The position numbers and the translations under genes are program-made. The notes below the pieces were generated by a model. The model ran no database searches and had not been told where the DNA came from. It saw only the letters and a list, made by a program, of their open reading frames with translations. Shown in pieces: positions 18,463 through 28,244 of a stretch of DNA of 64,000 nt. The stretch is from Candidatus Wildermuthbacteria bacterium (lineage in GTDB: Bacteria > Patescibacteriota > Minisyncoccia > Minisyncoccales > UBA10102), in contig JACPMK010000003.1 of assembly GCA_016186115.1 (NCBI GenBank), positions 154,470-218,469 on the forward strand, read 5' to 3'. Every line of letters starts with the position of its first letter. Position 1 is the first letter of the stretch.

Positions 18463-20791
18463 TGCATCTCCATTTCGAAGACAAATACGGGTGTGCTGCG
18501 TGGCCAACATGGAGGCAGTGCGTTTTTTGTTATTGCCGCAGCTATTATTCTTGAAAGAGCGAGGGTACGATATTTCCGTGGTGTGTCCAGAAGGAAGATT
18601 CAATGAGGATATCAAGAAAAGCGGAGTGCGCCTCACCCCGATTCCCTTTCAGAGAAAAATGAATCCTTTTTCTGATCTTTTGTTTTTCATCCGGCTGTTT
18701 TTTTATTTTCGCAAAGAAAAATTCGATATCGTCCATACCCATAACCCAAAGCCTGAACTGTTTGGTCAACTTGCCGCCCGCCTTGCAGGCGTGCCTATTA
18801 TTGTCAATACGGTTCACGGCTTTCCATTTAATGAGAAATCTTCTTTCCTCAAGAGGCGACTTTTTATTTTGATAGAAAAAATAGCAGCACTTTGTTCTGA
18901 TCATGTGTTTTCTCAAAGTGAGGCAGGGGTGCAGGTTTTGATCAAAGAGAAAATAGCTGCGCCAGAGAAAGTTCAGTTTCTAGGGAATGGCATTGATCTT
19001 AAGAGATTCGACCCCATGCGGTTTGCCAAGCAGGATATCGAACAAAAGAAACAAGAGCTAGGGATCGACCCTCATACAAAGATCATTGGCATTGTGGCGC
19101 GATTAGTGCGCGAAAAGGGCTATCTTGAATTATTTGAGGCCTTTTCTCGAATCTTGGTACGTTTTCCTCAAACTATGCTTTTGATTGTGGGCCCTCAAGA
19201 GACGGAAAAGAGTGATGCCTTGCAACTTCATATCGTAAAGAAATACGGCATTGAAAAGAACGTGAAGTTTCTAGGCGAACGTACCGATGTTGATTCGCTT
19301 TATCCCGTGTTCGACATTTTTGTGCTGCCTTCGTGGCGGGAAGGATTCCCGAGGTCTGTGTTGGAGGCATCGGCAATGGCAAGAGCCGTAATCGCCACAG
19401 ACATTAGCGGATGCAGAGAAGCAGTTGTTGATGGAAGTACAGGGATATTGGTGCCGATCAAAAATCCAGAACAATTATTTCATGCCTTGGAGCAGTTGTT
19501 GGAAGATCCAGAAAAAACGCAGATATTGGGAAAGAAAGGGCAAGAAAAGGCAGCGCAAGAATTTGATGAACGGCTTATCTTTCAAAGAATTGCCAAGGAA
19601 TACGAACTGCTTATCAAAGAAAAACTTTCCGAAAGGTATAAAGTGTGTTGGGTGGCAAACATGGAAGCGGTTCGTTTTTTCCTTATGAATCAACTGCAGT
19701 GTTTGATGCGTGAGGGGTACGAGGTATCGGTCGTATGCCGGGATGGAAGATTTGTTTCAGATATGCGGGCTCAAGGTTTGAATATTAAAACAGTTAATTT
19801 CACGAGGAGAGTAAGTATTGTGCAAGATTTGATTGCATTGTTTCAGTTAGTACTCTATTTCCGCAAAGAAAAATTCGATATCGTCCATACCCATAACCCA
19901 AAGCCCGCTTTCTTTGGGCAATTGGCAGCAAGGTTAACGGGAGTACCGATTGTCATGAATACTCTTCATGGTTTTTCATTCAATCAGTACTCCACTTCAT
20001 TGCGACGGGTTGCTTCACTGTTCTTGGAAAGAATTACGGCGCGTTTTTCCAGTCGCATTTTGTCGGTGAGCAAAATCAATATGCAGATTGCCATTGAAAA
20101 ACATATTTGTACGTTAGACCGTATTCATTACGTAGGAAACGGGATTGAGCTGCCCCGATTCCGGCCAGAGCGTTTTTCACCAGAATTTATTGCTGCAAAG
20201 AAAAAAGAGCTTCGGATAGGAGAAGGAAAAAAAGTCGTGGGAGTGATTGCGCGGCTCGTAAAAGAAAAGGGCTACCTTGATTTGTTTCAAGCATGGCAAG
20301 AAGTTGCTGAAAAATTTCCAGAAGCCCTCCTCTTGATTATCGGACCTGTTGAGCCGGAAAAGGGAGATGCGGTAGATCCTGAAATAGTCAAATCATATGG
20401 CATAGCAAAAAGCACAATCTTTCTGGGAGAACGGCTTGATGTGGATGAGCTGTATCCGCTGATGGACGTATTTGTGTTGCCTTCTCATCGCGAGGGGCTT
20501 CCTTATTCGTTACTTGAGGCCTCTGCCATGGAAAAACCCATTGTTGCGACCGACGTGGGGGGTTGTAGAGAAATCATCGAGCATCATACAACAGGGATTC
20601 TGATTCCAGCGAAAAGCCCGGACCAGCTTGCCCAAGCTATTATGTATTTGTTCGAGCATCCCAAAGAAGCCGCACTCATGGGGAAAAATGCCAGAGCAAA
20701 AGTTGAGAGAGGATTTGATGAGCAGTTTGTATTTCAGAGATTGAGGGAGGAATACCAAGAACTTGTTTCAGAATATCATTCTAAAAGGTGA
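18455..20791 (+). CDS. Tandem double GT4 glycosyltransferase (two complete CapM-like units)
   Basis: Two homologous ~385-aa halves, each with VANMEAVRF, HTHNPKP, REG.P...LEASAM. Confidence 0.9.
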   Translation: MPSASPFRRQIRVCCVANMEAVRFLLLPQLLFLKERGYDISVVCPEGRFNEDIKKSGVRLTPIPFQRKMNPFSDLLFFIRLFFYFRKEKFDIVHTHNPKPELFGQLAARLAGVPIIVNTVHGFPFNEKSSFLKRRLFILIEKIAALCSDHVFSQSEAGVQVLIKEKIAAPEKVQFLGNGIDLKRFDPMRFAKQDIEQKKQELGIDPHTKIIGIVARLVREKGYLELFEAFSRILVRFPQTMLLIVGPQETEKSDALQLHIVKKYGIEKNVKFLGERTDVDSLYPVFDIFVLPSWREGFPRSVLEASAMARAVIATDISGCREAVVDGSTGILVPIKNPEQLFHALEQLLEDPEKTQILGKKGQEKAAQEFDERLIFQRIAKEYELLIKEKLSERYKVCWVANMEAVRFFLMNQLQCLMREGYEVSVVCRDGRFVSDMRAQGLNIKTVNFTRRVSIVQDLIALFQLVLYFRKEKFDIVHTHNPKPAFFGQLAARLTGVPIVMNTLHGFSFNQYSTSLRRVASLFLERITARFSSRILSVSKINMQIAIEKHICTLDRIHYVGNGIELPRFRPERFSPEFIAAKKKELRIGEGKKVVGVIARLVKEKGYLDLFQAWQEVAEKFPEALLLIIGPVEPEKGDAVDPEIVKSYGIAKSTIFLGERLDVDELYPLMDVFVLPSHREGLPYSLLEASAMEKPIVATDVGGCREIIEHHTTGILIPAKSPDQLAQAIMYLFEHPKEAALMGKNARAKVERGFDEQFVFQRLREEYQELVSEYHSKR
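18710..19905 (+). repeat. 44-bp perfect direct repeat (18710-18753 and 19862-19905)
   Basis: CGCAAAGAAAAATTCGATATCGTCCATACCCATAACCCAAAGCC occurs twice, 1152 bp apart. Confidence 0.95.
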
Positions 20792-20804
20792 TTACAGAAA
20801 TAAA

Positions 20805-20842
20805 AATACCCGTTCATTCCAGCATTGGAATGAACGGGTATT
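20805..20842. terminator. Strong hairpin, probable terminator splitting the glycan locus
   Basis: 17-bp perfect stem AATACCCGTTCATTCCA-gcat-TGGAATGAACGGGTATT. Confidence 0.75.
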
Positions 20843-20918
20843 AATGCACAATTTTTCTTTAATGTCAAATGATTGAGGAAGAATCCCGACTGCTCTATAA
20901 TGAAGGCGTAAAAGAGGT

Positions 20919-21533
20919 ATGATGCAAATTCAGCGATTTATAAAAACGCAGATGGATTTTTGGATTGCGTTGGTGGTGCTTATCGTTTGTACGCTGCCAT
21001 TTTTAATGATTGCTTTGTTGATTGTGTTTGATTCAAAGGGGCCGATTTTTTTTCGGCAAGAGCGCGTAGGTAAATATGGAAAGATATTCAAGATATGGAA
21101 GTTCCGAACTATGGTGGATCATGCCGCGCACATAGGATTGGGTCTTGAAATAGCCCATAATGATTCCCGAATTACCAGAGTAGGAAAGTTTTTGCGGCGC
21201 TTTGGAATTGATGAAATCCCGCAGATATTCAATATTCTTGCTGGTCAGATGTCTTTGGTCGGGCCTCGGGCCGCTCTTCCTCATCAGGTTGCGCAGTATA
21301 CGGATTTTGAGAAGAAACGTTTAGAAGTAAAGCCGGGTGTTACCAATATCAATATCTTGAAGGGATGGAATACATTGCCGTGGAAAGAGCGAATTAAGTG
21401 GGATGTGTGGTATGTGGAGCACTGGTCGTTGTGGCTCGACTTGAAAATCTTAACAGTAACTCCTATAATCGTACTATCTGGTAAGGGCCAGTATGGCGAA
21501 AAAGGAGTTGTAGAAGATTACAAACGAGAATAG
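20919..21533 (+). CDS. Priming (initiating) phosphoglycosyltransferase, PglC/WbaP family
   Basis: FFRQERVG, KFRTM, IDEIPQ, MSLVGPR, DVWYV. Confidence 0.93.
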   Translation: MMQIQRFIKTQMDFWIALVVLIVCTLPFLMIALLIVFDSKGPIFFRQERVGKYGKIFKIWKFRTMVDHAAHIGLGLEIAHNDSRITRVGKFLRRFGIDEIPQIFNILAGQMSLVGPRAALPHQVAQYTDFEKKRLEVKPGVTNINILKGWNTLPWKERIKWDVWYVEHWSLWLDLKILTVTPIIVLSGKGQYGEKGVVEDYKRE

Positions 21534-21540
21534 TTGAGAT

Positions 21541-22446
21541 ATGCGAGCAATTGTAACAGGAGCAAGCGGACTCGTTGGTTCTTATCTTTCAGAGCAACTC
21601 TTGGAAAGGGGATACGAGGTGCTTGGATTGTCCTATGGACAAGAGGAACATATCGCTCATTTAAAACAAAAAAAGAATTTCCAATATATGAATGCCGATA
21701 TTCGTGATTTTGAGAGAATTCTGGAAATTTTCCAGCAGTATCATCCTCAAGGAGTATTCCATGCTGCGGCACTGCTTCCTCCCAAGGCGGAAGGAAGTGA
21801 TCCCTTTCCCTTTTTTGAGATCAACGTGCGGGGTACGCTCAATGTATTGGAGGCCTGCTGCAGATCAGGAATGAAAAAGATTATCTACAGTTCTTCTATG
21901 AATGTCTATGGCAAAGATATTCAGATATTGCCGGTAAAAGAAACGTGCCCGCCGCATCCTTTTGATTTCTACAGCATTACAAAACTTCAAGGGGAGGAGT
22001 TTTGCAGATTATACGCCGAGTTCTACGGATTACAGACAACTGTTTTGCGGTGCTCCGGCATTCATGGATTTCCCAGAAAAGGTGGAGCTGTATATTCATT
22101 TATTCGCAATGCTCTCGATAACAAACCCCTCGAAATCCTGAGCGATATGAGTTGGGATACGCTCTATGTGGAAGATGTGGCAAGAGCAAATATTCTTGCT
22201 TTTGAGAAAGACAGTCCCTCATCATTTTCAATTTTCAATATTGGGGGCGGCAAAGAAATACATCTCAAAGATCTTGCGCAAAAAATTATAGCGATGACGA
22301 ACTCCCAATCGGAGATTGTTACGAAGGAAAGCACGGGTTCGAGCCATTTCTTCCTTGATATCAGCAAGGCAAAAGAACAATTGGGTTTTTCTCCCAGACC
22401 ATTGGAAGAGGGCCTGCAAGAGTTTATCCAAAAGTTACGAGAATGA
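21541..22446 (+). CDS. NAD-dependent epimerase/dehydratase
   Basis: TGASGLVG, YSITK. Confidence 0.9.
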   Translation: MRAIVTGASGLVGSYLSEQLLERGYEVLGLSYGQEEHIAHLKQKKNFQYMNADIRDFERILEIFQQYHPQGVFHAAALLPPKAEGSDPFPFFEINVRGTLNVLEACCRSGMKKIIYSSSMNVYGKDIQILPVKETCPPHPFDFYSITKLQGEEFCRLYAEFYGLQTTVLRCSGIHGFPRKGGAVYSFIRNALDNKPLEILSDMSWDTLYVEDVARANILAFEKDSPSSFSIFNIGGGKEIHLKDLAQKIIAMTNSQSEIVTKESTGSSHFFLDISKAKEQLGFSPRPLEEGLQEFIQKLRE

Positions 22447-22452
22447 AATGAT

Positions 22453-23133
22453 ATGGTTACCGTCACCATCAATCAGGCACTCCACCTTCCTTATCTTGGA
22501 ATTTTTGAACGCATGGCAAAAAGCGATGTATTCGTATTTCTTGATGACGTGCAGTTTGTTAAAAATGACTTTTACAATCGGAATAGAATCAAGACAGAGC
22601 AGGGCTGGCAGTGGATTACCGTACCAGTAAAATATCGCTTCCCGCAGATTCAGAATGAAGTAGAAATTGATAACATGAAAAATTGGCGGGAGAAAAACTG
22701 GAGAAGCATTGAATCAAGTTATGAACAAGCGCCCTTCTTCTCCGAGTACAAAGATTCATTCCGTGATGTGTACCAAGAGCAAAAAAATATTATTTCTGAT
22801 TACAATGTCGATCTTACCCTGTATCTTGCAGAAAAATTGGGCATAAAGGCAAAACTGGTGCGTTCATCAGAGCTTGGGGTGCCAAAGGGGATTGGCGCCA
22901 CAGAGCGATTAGTGGAAATCTGCAAACTCTTCGGCGCAACCACGTATTTCTCGGGGAAAGGTGGGCATAACTACTTAAAGGAAGACAAATTTTCTGAAGC
23001 CAATATGCAAGTTATCTATCAGGATTTTCAACACCCCACCTATCCCCAGTTGTATGGGGATTTTATTCCCGGGCTTTCCATTATTGATCTTCTTTTTAAT
23101 ATAGGCCCCAAAAGCATTGATTTTATCGTATGA
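22453..23133 (+). CDS. WbqC family protein
   Basis: FVFLDDVQF, NRNRIK, WITVPV, LSIIDLLFN. Confidence 0.9.
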   Translation: MVTVTINQALHLPYLGIFERMAKSDVFVFLDDVQFVKNDFYNRNRIKTEQGWQWITVPVKYRFPQIQNEVEIDNMKNWREKNWRSIESSYEQAPFFSEYKDSFRDVYQEQKNIISDYNVDLTLYLAEKLGIKAKLVRSSELGVPKGIGATERLVEICKLFGATTYFSGKGGHNYLKEDKFSEANMQVIYQDFQHPTYPQLYGDFIPGLSIIDLLFNIGPKSIDFIV

Positions 23134-24230
23134 TTCCATTGCTACGACCAACCTTGCCAAAACTCGCTTCTCTTCAGGGAAAGTTAAAAGATGTGTTTCG
23201 CACTGGCATGCTTACCAATGCAAAGTATGTCCGGGAGTTTGAGAATCGTTGCGCAGAGTATTTGGGAGTAAAGCATGCCATTGCAGTCGCTAATGGGACC
23301 TCGGCTTTAATGCTTGCTCTCACTTGTCTTGATATGAAGGGAGAAGTTATTCTTCCAAGTTTTACCTACAGTTCAGATGGGCATGTATTGTTGTGGTGCG
23401 GGGTAAAACCTAAATTCGCAGATATTGATCCTGCAACGCTCAATTTAGATCCGGAATCAATCGAGCGCAGCATCACTTCTCGAACGCAGGCCATTATGCC
23501 GACCCATGTCTTTGGCAATCCCTGCGAGATTGATGCAATCGGCAAAATTGCAAGGAAACATAATGTAAAGGTAATCTATGATGGGGCGCATGCCTTCGGC
23601 TCTGTATATCATGGAAAGTCGGTGTTGGGATTTGGGGATGTTTCCATTGTGAGTTTGACGCCTACCAAAACTCTCACCACCGGAGAAGGCGGGCTGCTGA
23701 TTGTAAATGATGAGAAGTTAGCGAGAAAGATGAAATTAGGCAGATATAACGGCGACAGCGAGAATCGTAATGAAGAATTCTTGGGCATTACCGCAAGAAT
23801 GGATGAGTTGAGCGCCATCTTGGGAATCGAGGGATTGAAGATCTTTCCCAAAATGCAGCGAAGAAGATTGCATCTGGTCGAACTGTATCGAAGAGAATTA
23901 CACGGGCTTCCGGGAATTACTTTCCAAAAGATTTCTTCCGGCTCTATATCTGCGTATAAGGACCTTGTGATTTTAGTTGACAAGGAAAAATTCGGGATTT
24001 CTCGTGATGAACTGATAGGAGAGTTGCGGAAAAAGAATATTGAGACCAAGGCGTATTTTTACCCCATTCACAAAAAGAAGGTCTATGAAAGGTACCAGAA
24101 TCTTCGGCTTCCAAATACCGAATTGGTGTGGGAAAAAATTATGAACCTTCCCTTGTATTCTCACATGCCAGAGCAATATGCGAAAAAAGTGTGTTCTGTT
24201 ATTCAATCTATTCATCAAAAGCATATATGA
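23130..24230 (+). CDS. DegT/DnrJ/EryC1/StrS sugar aminotransferase
   Basis: NGTSAL, DGAHAFG, SLTPTK, GEGG. Confidence 0.92.
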   Translation: MIPLLRPTLPKLASLQGKLKDVFRTGMLTNAKYVREFENRCAEYLGVKHAIAVANGTSALMLALTCLDMKGEVILPSFTYSSDGHVLLWCGVKPKFADIDPATLNLDPESIERSITSRTQAIMPTHVFGNPCEIDAIGKIARKHNVKVIYDGAHAFGSVYHGKSVLGFGDVSIVSLTPTKTLTTGEGGLLIVNDEKLARKMKLGRYNGDSENRNEEFLGITARMDELSAILGIEGLKIFPKMQRRRLHLVELYRRELHGLPGITFQKISSGSISAYKDLVILVDKEKFGISRDELIGELRKKNIETKAYFYPIHKKKVYERYQNLRLPNTELVWEKIMNLPLYSHMPEQYAKKVCSVIQSIHQKHI

Positions 24231-24886
24231 AGATTCTTGTGCTCGCTCCTCATCCTGACGATGAAGTGCTTGGATGCGGAGGAATAATGAAAAAATATAG
24301 TAAGAGAGGTGATGAGGTGTATCTTTGTGTGGTGACCCAAGGGTATAGTCCAGATTGGTCAGAAGAATTTTTGCGGAATCTTAGGGATGGACTAGATCAA
24401 GCAAATCGAATTTTGGGTACCAAGGAGAAATTTTTCTTGGGATTTCCTACGGCAAAGCTCGACATGATACCTCAAAAAGAATTGAATGATGCTCTTTTTC
24501 GACTTGTAGAAACCGTGCAACCTGATGTTATCTATGCGCCAAGCATGAGTGATTTAAGCAGGGATCATCGCTGTATTTTCGAGTCCTTACTCGTAGCGGT
24601 ACGGCCTAAACCCGGAATGCATACACCCCAAGTTCTTTGCTACGAGGTTTTATCCGAAACAGATTGGGGAACTCCGCTTCATAATTTTGTTCCCAATGTA
24701 TATGAAGATATCACAAACGAGTTTGGGGACAAGATAGAAGCAATGAAGGCGTATAAAAGCGAGCTGAAAGATTTTCCTCACCCCCGTTCTGTTGAAGCGA
24801 TTGAGGCCCTAGCAAAGAAAAGGGGATCCGAAGTAGGCACATATGCTGCAGAGGCCTTTGTTTTGATACGTTCTTTCCAAAAATAG
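24227..24886 (+). CDS. PIG-L/LmbE family N-deacetylase (second copy)
   Basis: APHPDDEVLGCGG, DH, YKSELKDFPHPRS. Confidence 0.9.
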   Translation: MKILVLAPHPDDEVLGCGGIMKKYSKRGDEVYLCVVTQGYSPDWSEEFLRNLRDGLDQANRILGTKEKFFLGFPTAKLDMIPQKELNDALFRLVETVQPDVIYAPSMSDLSRDHRCIFESLLVAVRPKPGMHTPQVLCYEVLSETDWGTPLHNFVPNVYEDITNEFGDKIEAMKAYKSELKDFPHPRSVEAIEALAKKRGSEVGTYAAEAFVLIRSFQK

Positions 24887-24887
24887 T

Positions 24888-25565
24888 ATGAACATAGGGA
24901 TTATCTCTGATGTGCATTCGAATGTGTATGGTTTGCAGAGTGTGTTGGATCAATTAAAGGGCATGGATACCATTTTGTGTGCTGGCGATCTGGTAGGGTA
25001 TTATCCTTTTGTCAATGAGGCATTAGATCTTCTGCGCCGGAAGAATGTTCAGTGTATTCTTGGAAATCACGATGCGTATCTTCTGGGATTACTGCCCCCG
25101 CCAGAAAACCCCAATGTTATATCTCCTTTGCAATACGCCCAAAAGCATATCAGCCCAGAAAATATGAAATTTCTGAAAGATATAGGGACAGGCCATCGGG
25201 AGGTTACAATAGACGGGCTCCATGTTACAATGTTTCATGGAAGCCCTTGGGATGAGTTTGAGGAATATATCTTCCCAGATTTTTCTGATTTCCAAAAATT
25301 CAAAAAGATAAGGGCAGATGTTGTTATTTTGGGTCATACTCATTATTCTATGGTGAGACATGTAGAGAGTATGGTGATTGTGAATCCCGGCTCGTGCGGT
25401 CAGCCAAGAGATTGGAACCCCGCAGCTTCGTATGCGGTCTTAGATACCAGCACAAAAGAGGTTGTGCTCCAAAGAGCGAGTTATGATGTTGAGATTGTAT
25501 GCGAAAGGGCGCGACAGGAAGGGTTTCCAGAATATGTTGTTCAGGTATTGCAACGAAGAAAATAG
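24888..25565 (+). CDS. Calcineurin-like metallophosphoesterase (YfcE/PrpA-like)
   Basis: SDVHSN, GDLVGY, GNHD, HGSP, GHTH, NPGSCGQPRD. Confidence 0.92.
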   Translation: MNIGIISDVHSNVYGLQSVLDQLKGMDTILCAGDLVGYYPFVNEALDLLRRKNVQCILGNHDAYLLGLLPPPENPNVISPLQYAQKHISPENMKFLKDIGTGHREVTIDGLHVTMFHGSPWDEFEEYIFPDFSDFQKFKKIRADVVILGHTHYSMVRHVESMVIVNPGSCGQPRDWNPAASYAVLDTSTKEVVLQRASYDVEIVCERARQEGFPEYVVQVLQRRK

Positions 25566-25577
25566 CCGTAAACTTTT

Positions 25578-26678
25578 ATGAATACGCAACAAATATCAGT
25601 CCTTATTACCGGAGTGGGAGGAGGAAGCACAGGTGAAGGGTTGATAAAGTCGTTAAAACTTGCAGCGACTCCATATCGTATTATTGCGGTAGATGCGCTT
25701 CCCATCAGTTTTGGTTTTTTTGAAGTGGATGCGTATGAGCAGGTCCCTTCTGCAGGGAGCCCGCAATACCTGGAAAGAATTTTAGCTATTTGCAAGAGAG
25801 AAAACGTACAGGTCGTTATTCCGGGGTCTGAACCAGAGCTGAAAAAAATGTCAGAAAATCGGAAGGTCTTTGAGGATAATGGCATTCTTTTATTGATCAA
25901 TAATGCCGAGGTCATCAGCCGGTGCATGGATAAATGGGAAACATATCTTTTTCTCAAGGAGCACGGTTTTGATGTGCCGCAGTCCTACCTTATTACCGAG
26001 GAGCAGCAGATAGACGAAATAGGTTTGTTTCCCGTTGTGATTAAGCCAATTCGCGGCGGGGGATCCTCGGTCAATGCTTTTCTTGCGCAGGACAAACCAG
26101 AACTCGAATTTTTTGTGCGGTATCTGCTTAAGCAAGGGGCTGTTCCTGTTGCGCAAGAATACGTTGGTTCTCCAAAAGAGGAATACACTACCGGAGTGTT
26201 GCATACCCTTGATGGAAATTTTCTTGGGTCCATTGCCTTGCGTCGTCAGATTTTAAGTGGGCTATCGAGCAAAATACGGATTAAGAATCGGACACAGCAT
26301 CCTTATTTTGACACCTTGGCTATTTCTTCGGGTTATTCGCAGGGACTTGTGGGAGATTACAGGTCTGTTAGGGACTATGCCGAGCGAATTAGTCAGGCGT
26401 TGCATTCAACTGGTCCCTTGAACGTGCAATGTCGGAAAACAGAAAAGGGTATTTATACATTTGAAATTAATCCTCGCTTCTCTGGAACAACAGTAATGCG
26501 AGCAATGGTAGGATTTAATGAACCGGATATTCTTATACGCCATCATATTCTTGGGGAAAAAATTGAGTTGCCTATTCCATATAAAACTGGCATTGTCGCA
26601 AGGGGCTTGCGTGAACAGTATATAGGGATTGATCAGGTGAAAAATATTTCTTTGGAAGATTTTATCGAGCATCAATAA
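25578..26678 (+). CDS. ATP-grasp ligase (CarB-like single domain)
   Basis: DKWET, VVIKP..GGGSS, QEYV, FEINPRFSG. Confidence 0.88.
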   Translation: MNTQQISVLITGVGGGSTGEGLIKSLKLAATPYRIIAVDALPISFGFFEVDAYEQVPSAGSPQYLERILAICKRENVQVVIPGSEPELKKMSENRKVFEDNGILLLINNAEVISRCMDKWETYLFLKEHGFDVPQSYLITEEQQIDEIGLFPVVIKPIRGGGSSVNAFLAQDKPELEFFVRYLLKQGAVPVAQEYVGSPKEEYTTGVLHTLDGNFLGSIALRRQILSGLSSKIRIKNRTQHPYFDTLAISSGYSQGLVGDYRSVRDYAERISQALHSTGPLNVQCRKTEKGIYTFEINPRFSGTTVMRAMVGFNEPDILIRHHILGEKIELPIPYKTGIVARGLREQYIGIDQVKNISLEDFIEHQ

Positions 26679-26684
26679 CGCTCT

Positions 26685-28190
26685 ATGAATGCTATTCTCA
26701 ATTCTTTTCTATCGATTTTAAGAGGGGCAAAAAGATTCCGCAGGCCTATTTTTATAGCAATGGATGCCGGAGTTATTGTTGCCTCTATTCTTATTGCATT
26801 TTTGTTGCGATTCGATGGGACTATTCCTTCTGAACGATGGGATGCCCTATGGACATTTGCAGTCATTTCTCTTTGCGTGACGATCCCGGTATTTTGGTGG
26901 CAAAGCATGTACAAAATCTCCTGGTCTTACGTGGCGTTGACCGATATTCCCAAGATAGCAAGAAGCGTCGTGATGAGCGTTTCTCTTGTGGGGCTCATCC
27001 TCTTTCTTTTCAAGAATTCACCTGTGCTTGAGGAGTTTCCTCGGTCGGTCATCTTTAGTTATGGCCTCCTTCTTTTCTTATATGTTGGCACTCTTCGCTT
27101 TTCAAAAAGAATCTATTGGCAACTTTTTCAGGGTAAACTGGGCGTGCCTGTGCCGCAAGCGGAATTCCCCTTTCCTTTTCGAAAGATTGTGCAGAATGAA
27201 AAAGACCGCATCAAAACCGTTTTGCTTACGGGCGGAGCCGGATATTTGGGATCCATGCTTACGCATCTGCTTTTGAGCAGCGGTTATAGAGTGAGAGTGG
27301 TTGATCGGCTATTGTTTGGCGATGCCTCTCTGCAGGATGTGAGAAAAAATCCAAATTTTGAATTGATCGAAAGAAATATTTTTGATCTTCGAGATGACCA
27401 CGCTGTGTTTGCAGATATTGATTGCGTGGTACACTTGGCTGCTATTGTTGGAGAGCCGGCTTGTGTCGCGAACAAAGACCTTTCTTTGAGAACAAATTAT
27501 TTGGGGACGGTCTATCTTGCTCGTCTTTGCAAAGCATTTGGAATCAAAAGATTCATTTTTGCCTCTACGTGCAGCGTATATGGCGAAGCCGAGAATGGGA
27601 GCGTTGTCGATGAGAGGTCTTCTTTAAAACCAGTAGATTTTTATGGGGAGACGAAAATTTATGCCGAAAGAGAACTTTTGAAATTAATGGATGAACATTT
27701 TACTTGTGTTTTCCTGCGCTTCGGCACTTTGTATGGGTTGTCCTACCGAATGCGTTTTGACTTGGTTGTGAATACATTTGCAAAAAAGGCGGTGAAAGAT
27801 AGAGAAATCTTACTGTTCGGAGGAAAGCAATGGAGACCTCTTGTCCATGTGCAAGATGCGGCTCGGGCAATTTATCTTTGTGTAGATGCCTCAACGCAGA
27901 GGGTCGCAAATCAGATTTTCAATGTAGGGGGAGATCAGGAAAACTACCTTATTTCAGATGTGAGCGATCTTATCAAAGAATATTTTCCAGAAACTTGCAT
28001 TAAGACAATTTCAAATGTCACTGATCAGAGAAGTTATCGAGTTTCCTTTCAAAAGATTAAAAAAGTGTTAGGTTTTGAACCAACCAAAACCGTGGGAGAT
28101 GGCATCGCAGAGATTAAGGGAGCGATTGACAGAGGCGTCTTTCAAGATCTCGAAAATAAACAGTACTATAATCATCTTTTCCAGAAGTAG
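26685..28190 (+). CDS. CapD/PglF-like membrane N-terminus fused to an NAD-dependent epimerase
   Basis: 4 N-terminal TM segments (AFLLRFDG...PRS), then TGGAGYLG, HLAAIVG, YGETK, RFDLVVN. Confidence 0.8.
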   Translation: MNAILNSFLSILRGAKRFRRPIFIAMDAGVIVASILIAFLLRFDGTIPSERWDALWTFAVISLCVTIPVFWWQSMYKISWSYVALTDIPKIARSVVMSVSLVGLILFLFKNSPVLEEFPRSVIFSYGLLLFLYVGTLRFSKRIYWQLFQGKLGVPVPQAEFPFPFRKIVQNEKDRIKTVLLTGGAGYLGSMLTHLLLSSGYRVRVVDRLLFGDASLQDVRKNPNFELIERNIFDLRDDHAVFADIDCVVHLAAIVGEPACVANKDLSLRTNYLGTVYLARLCKAFGIKRFIFASTCSVYGEAENGSVVDERSSLKPVDFYGETKIYAERELLKLMDEHFTCVFLRFGTLYGLSYRMRFDLVVNTFAKKAVKDREILLFGGKQWRPLVHVQDAARAIYLCVDASTQRVANQIFNVGGDQENYLISDVSDLIKEYFPETCIKTISNVTDQRSYRVSFQKIKKVLGFEPTKTVGDGIAEIKGAIDRGVFQDLENKQYYNHLFQK

Positions 28191-28244
28191 CCCATCGGCT
28201 CTTGCATTATGTCTTTGAAAGAGATATAGAGAGAGTGATGTCCT

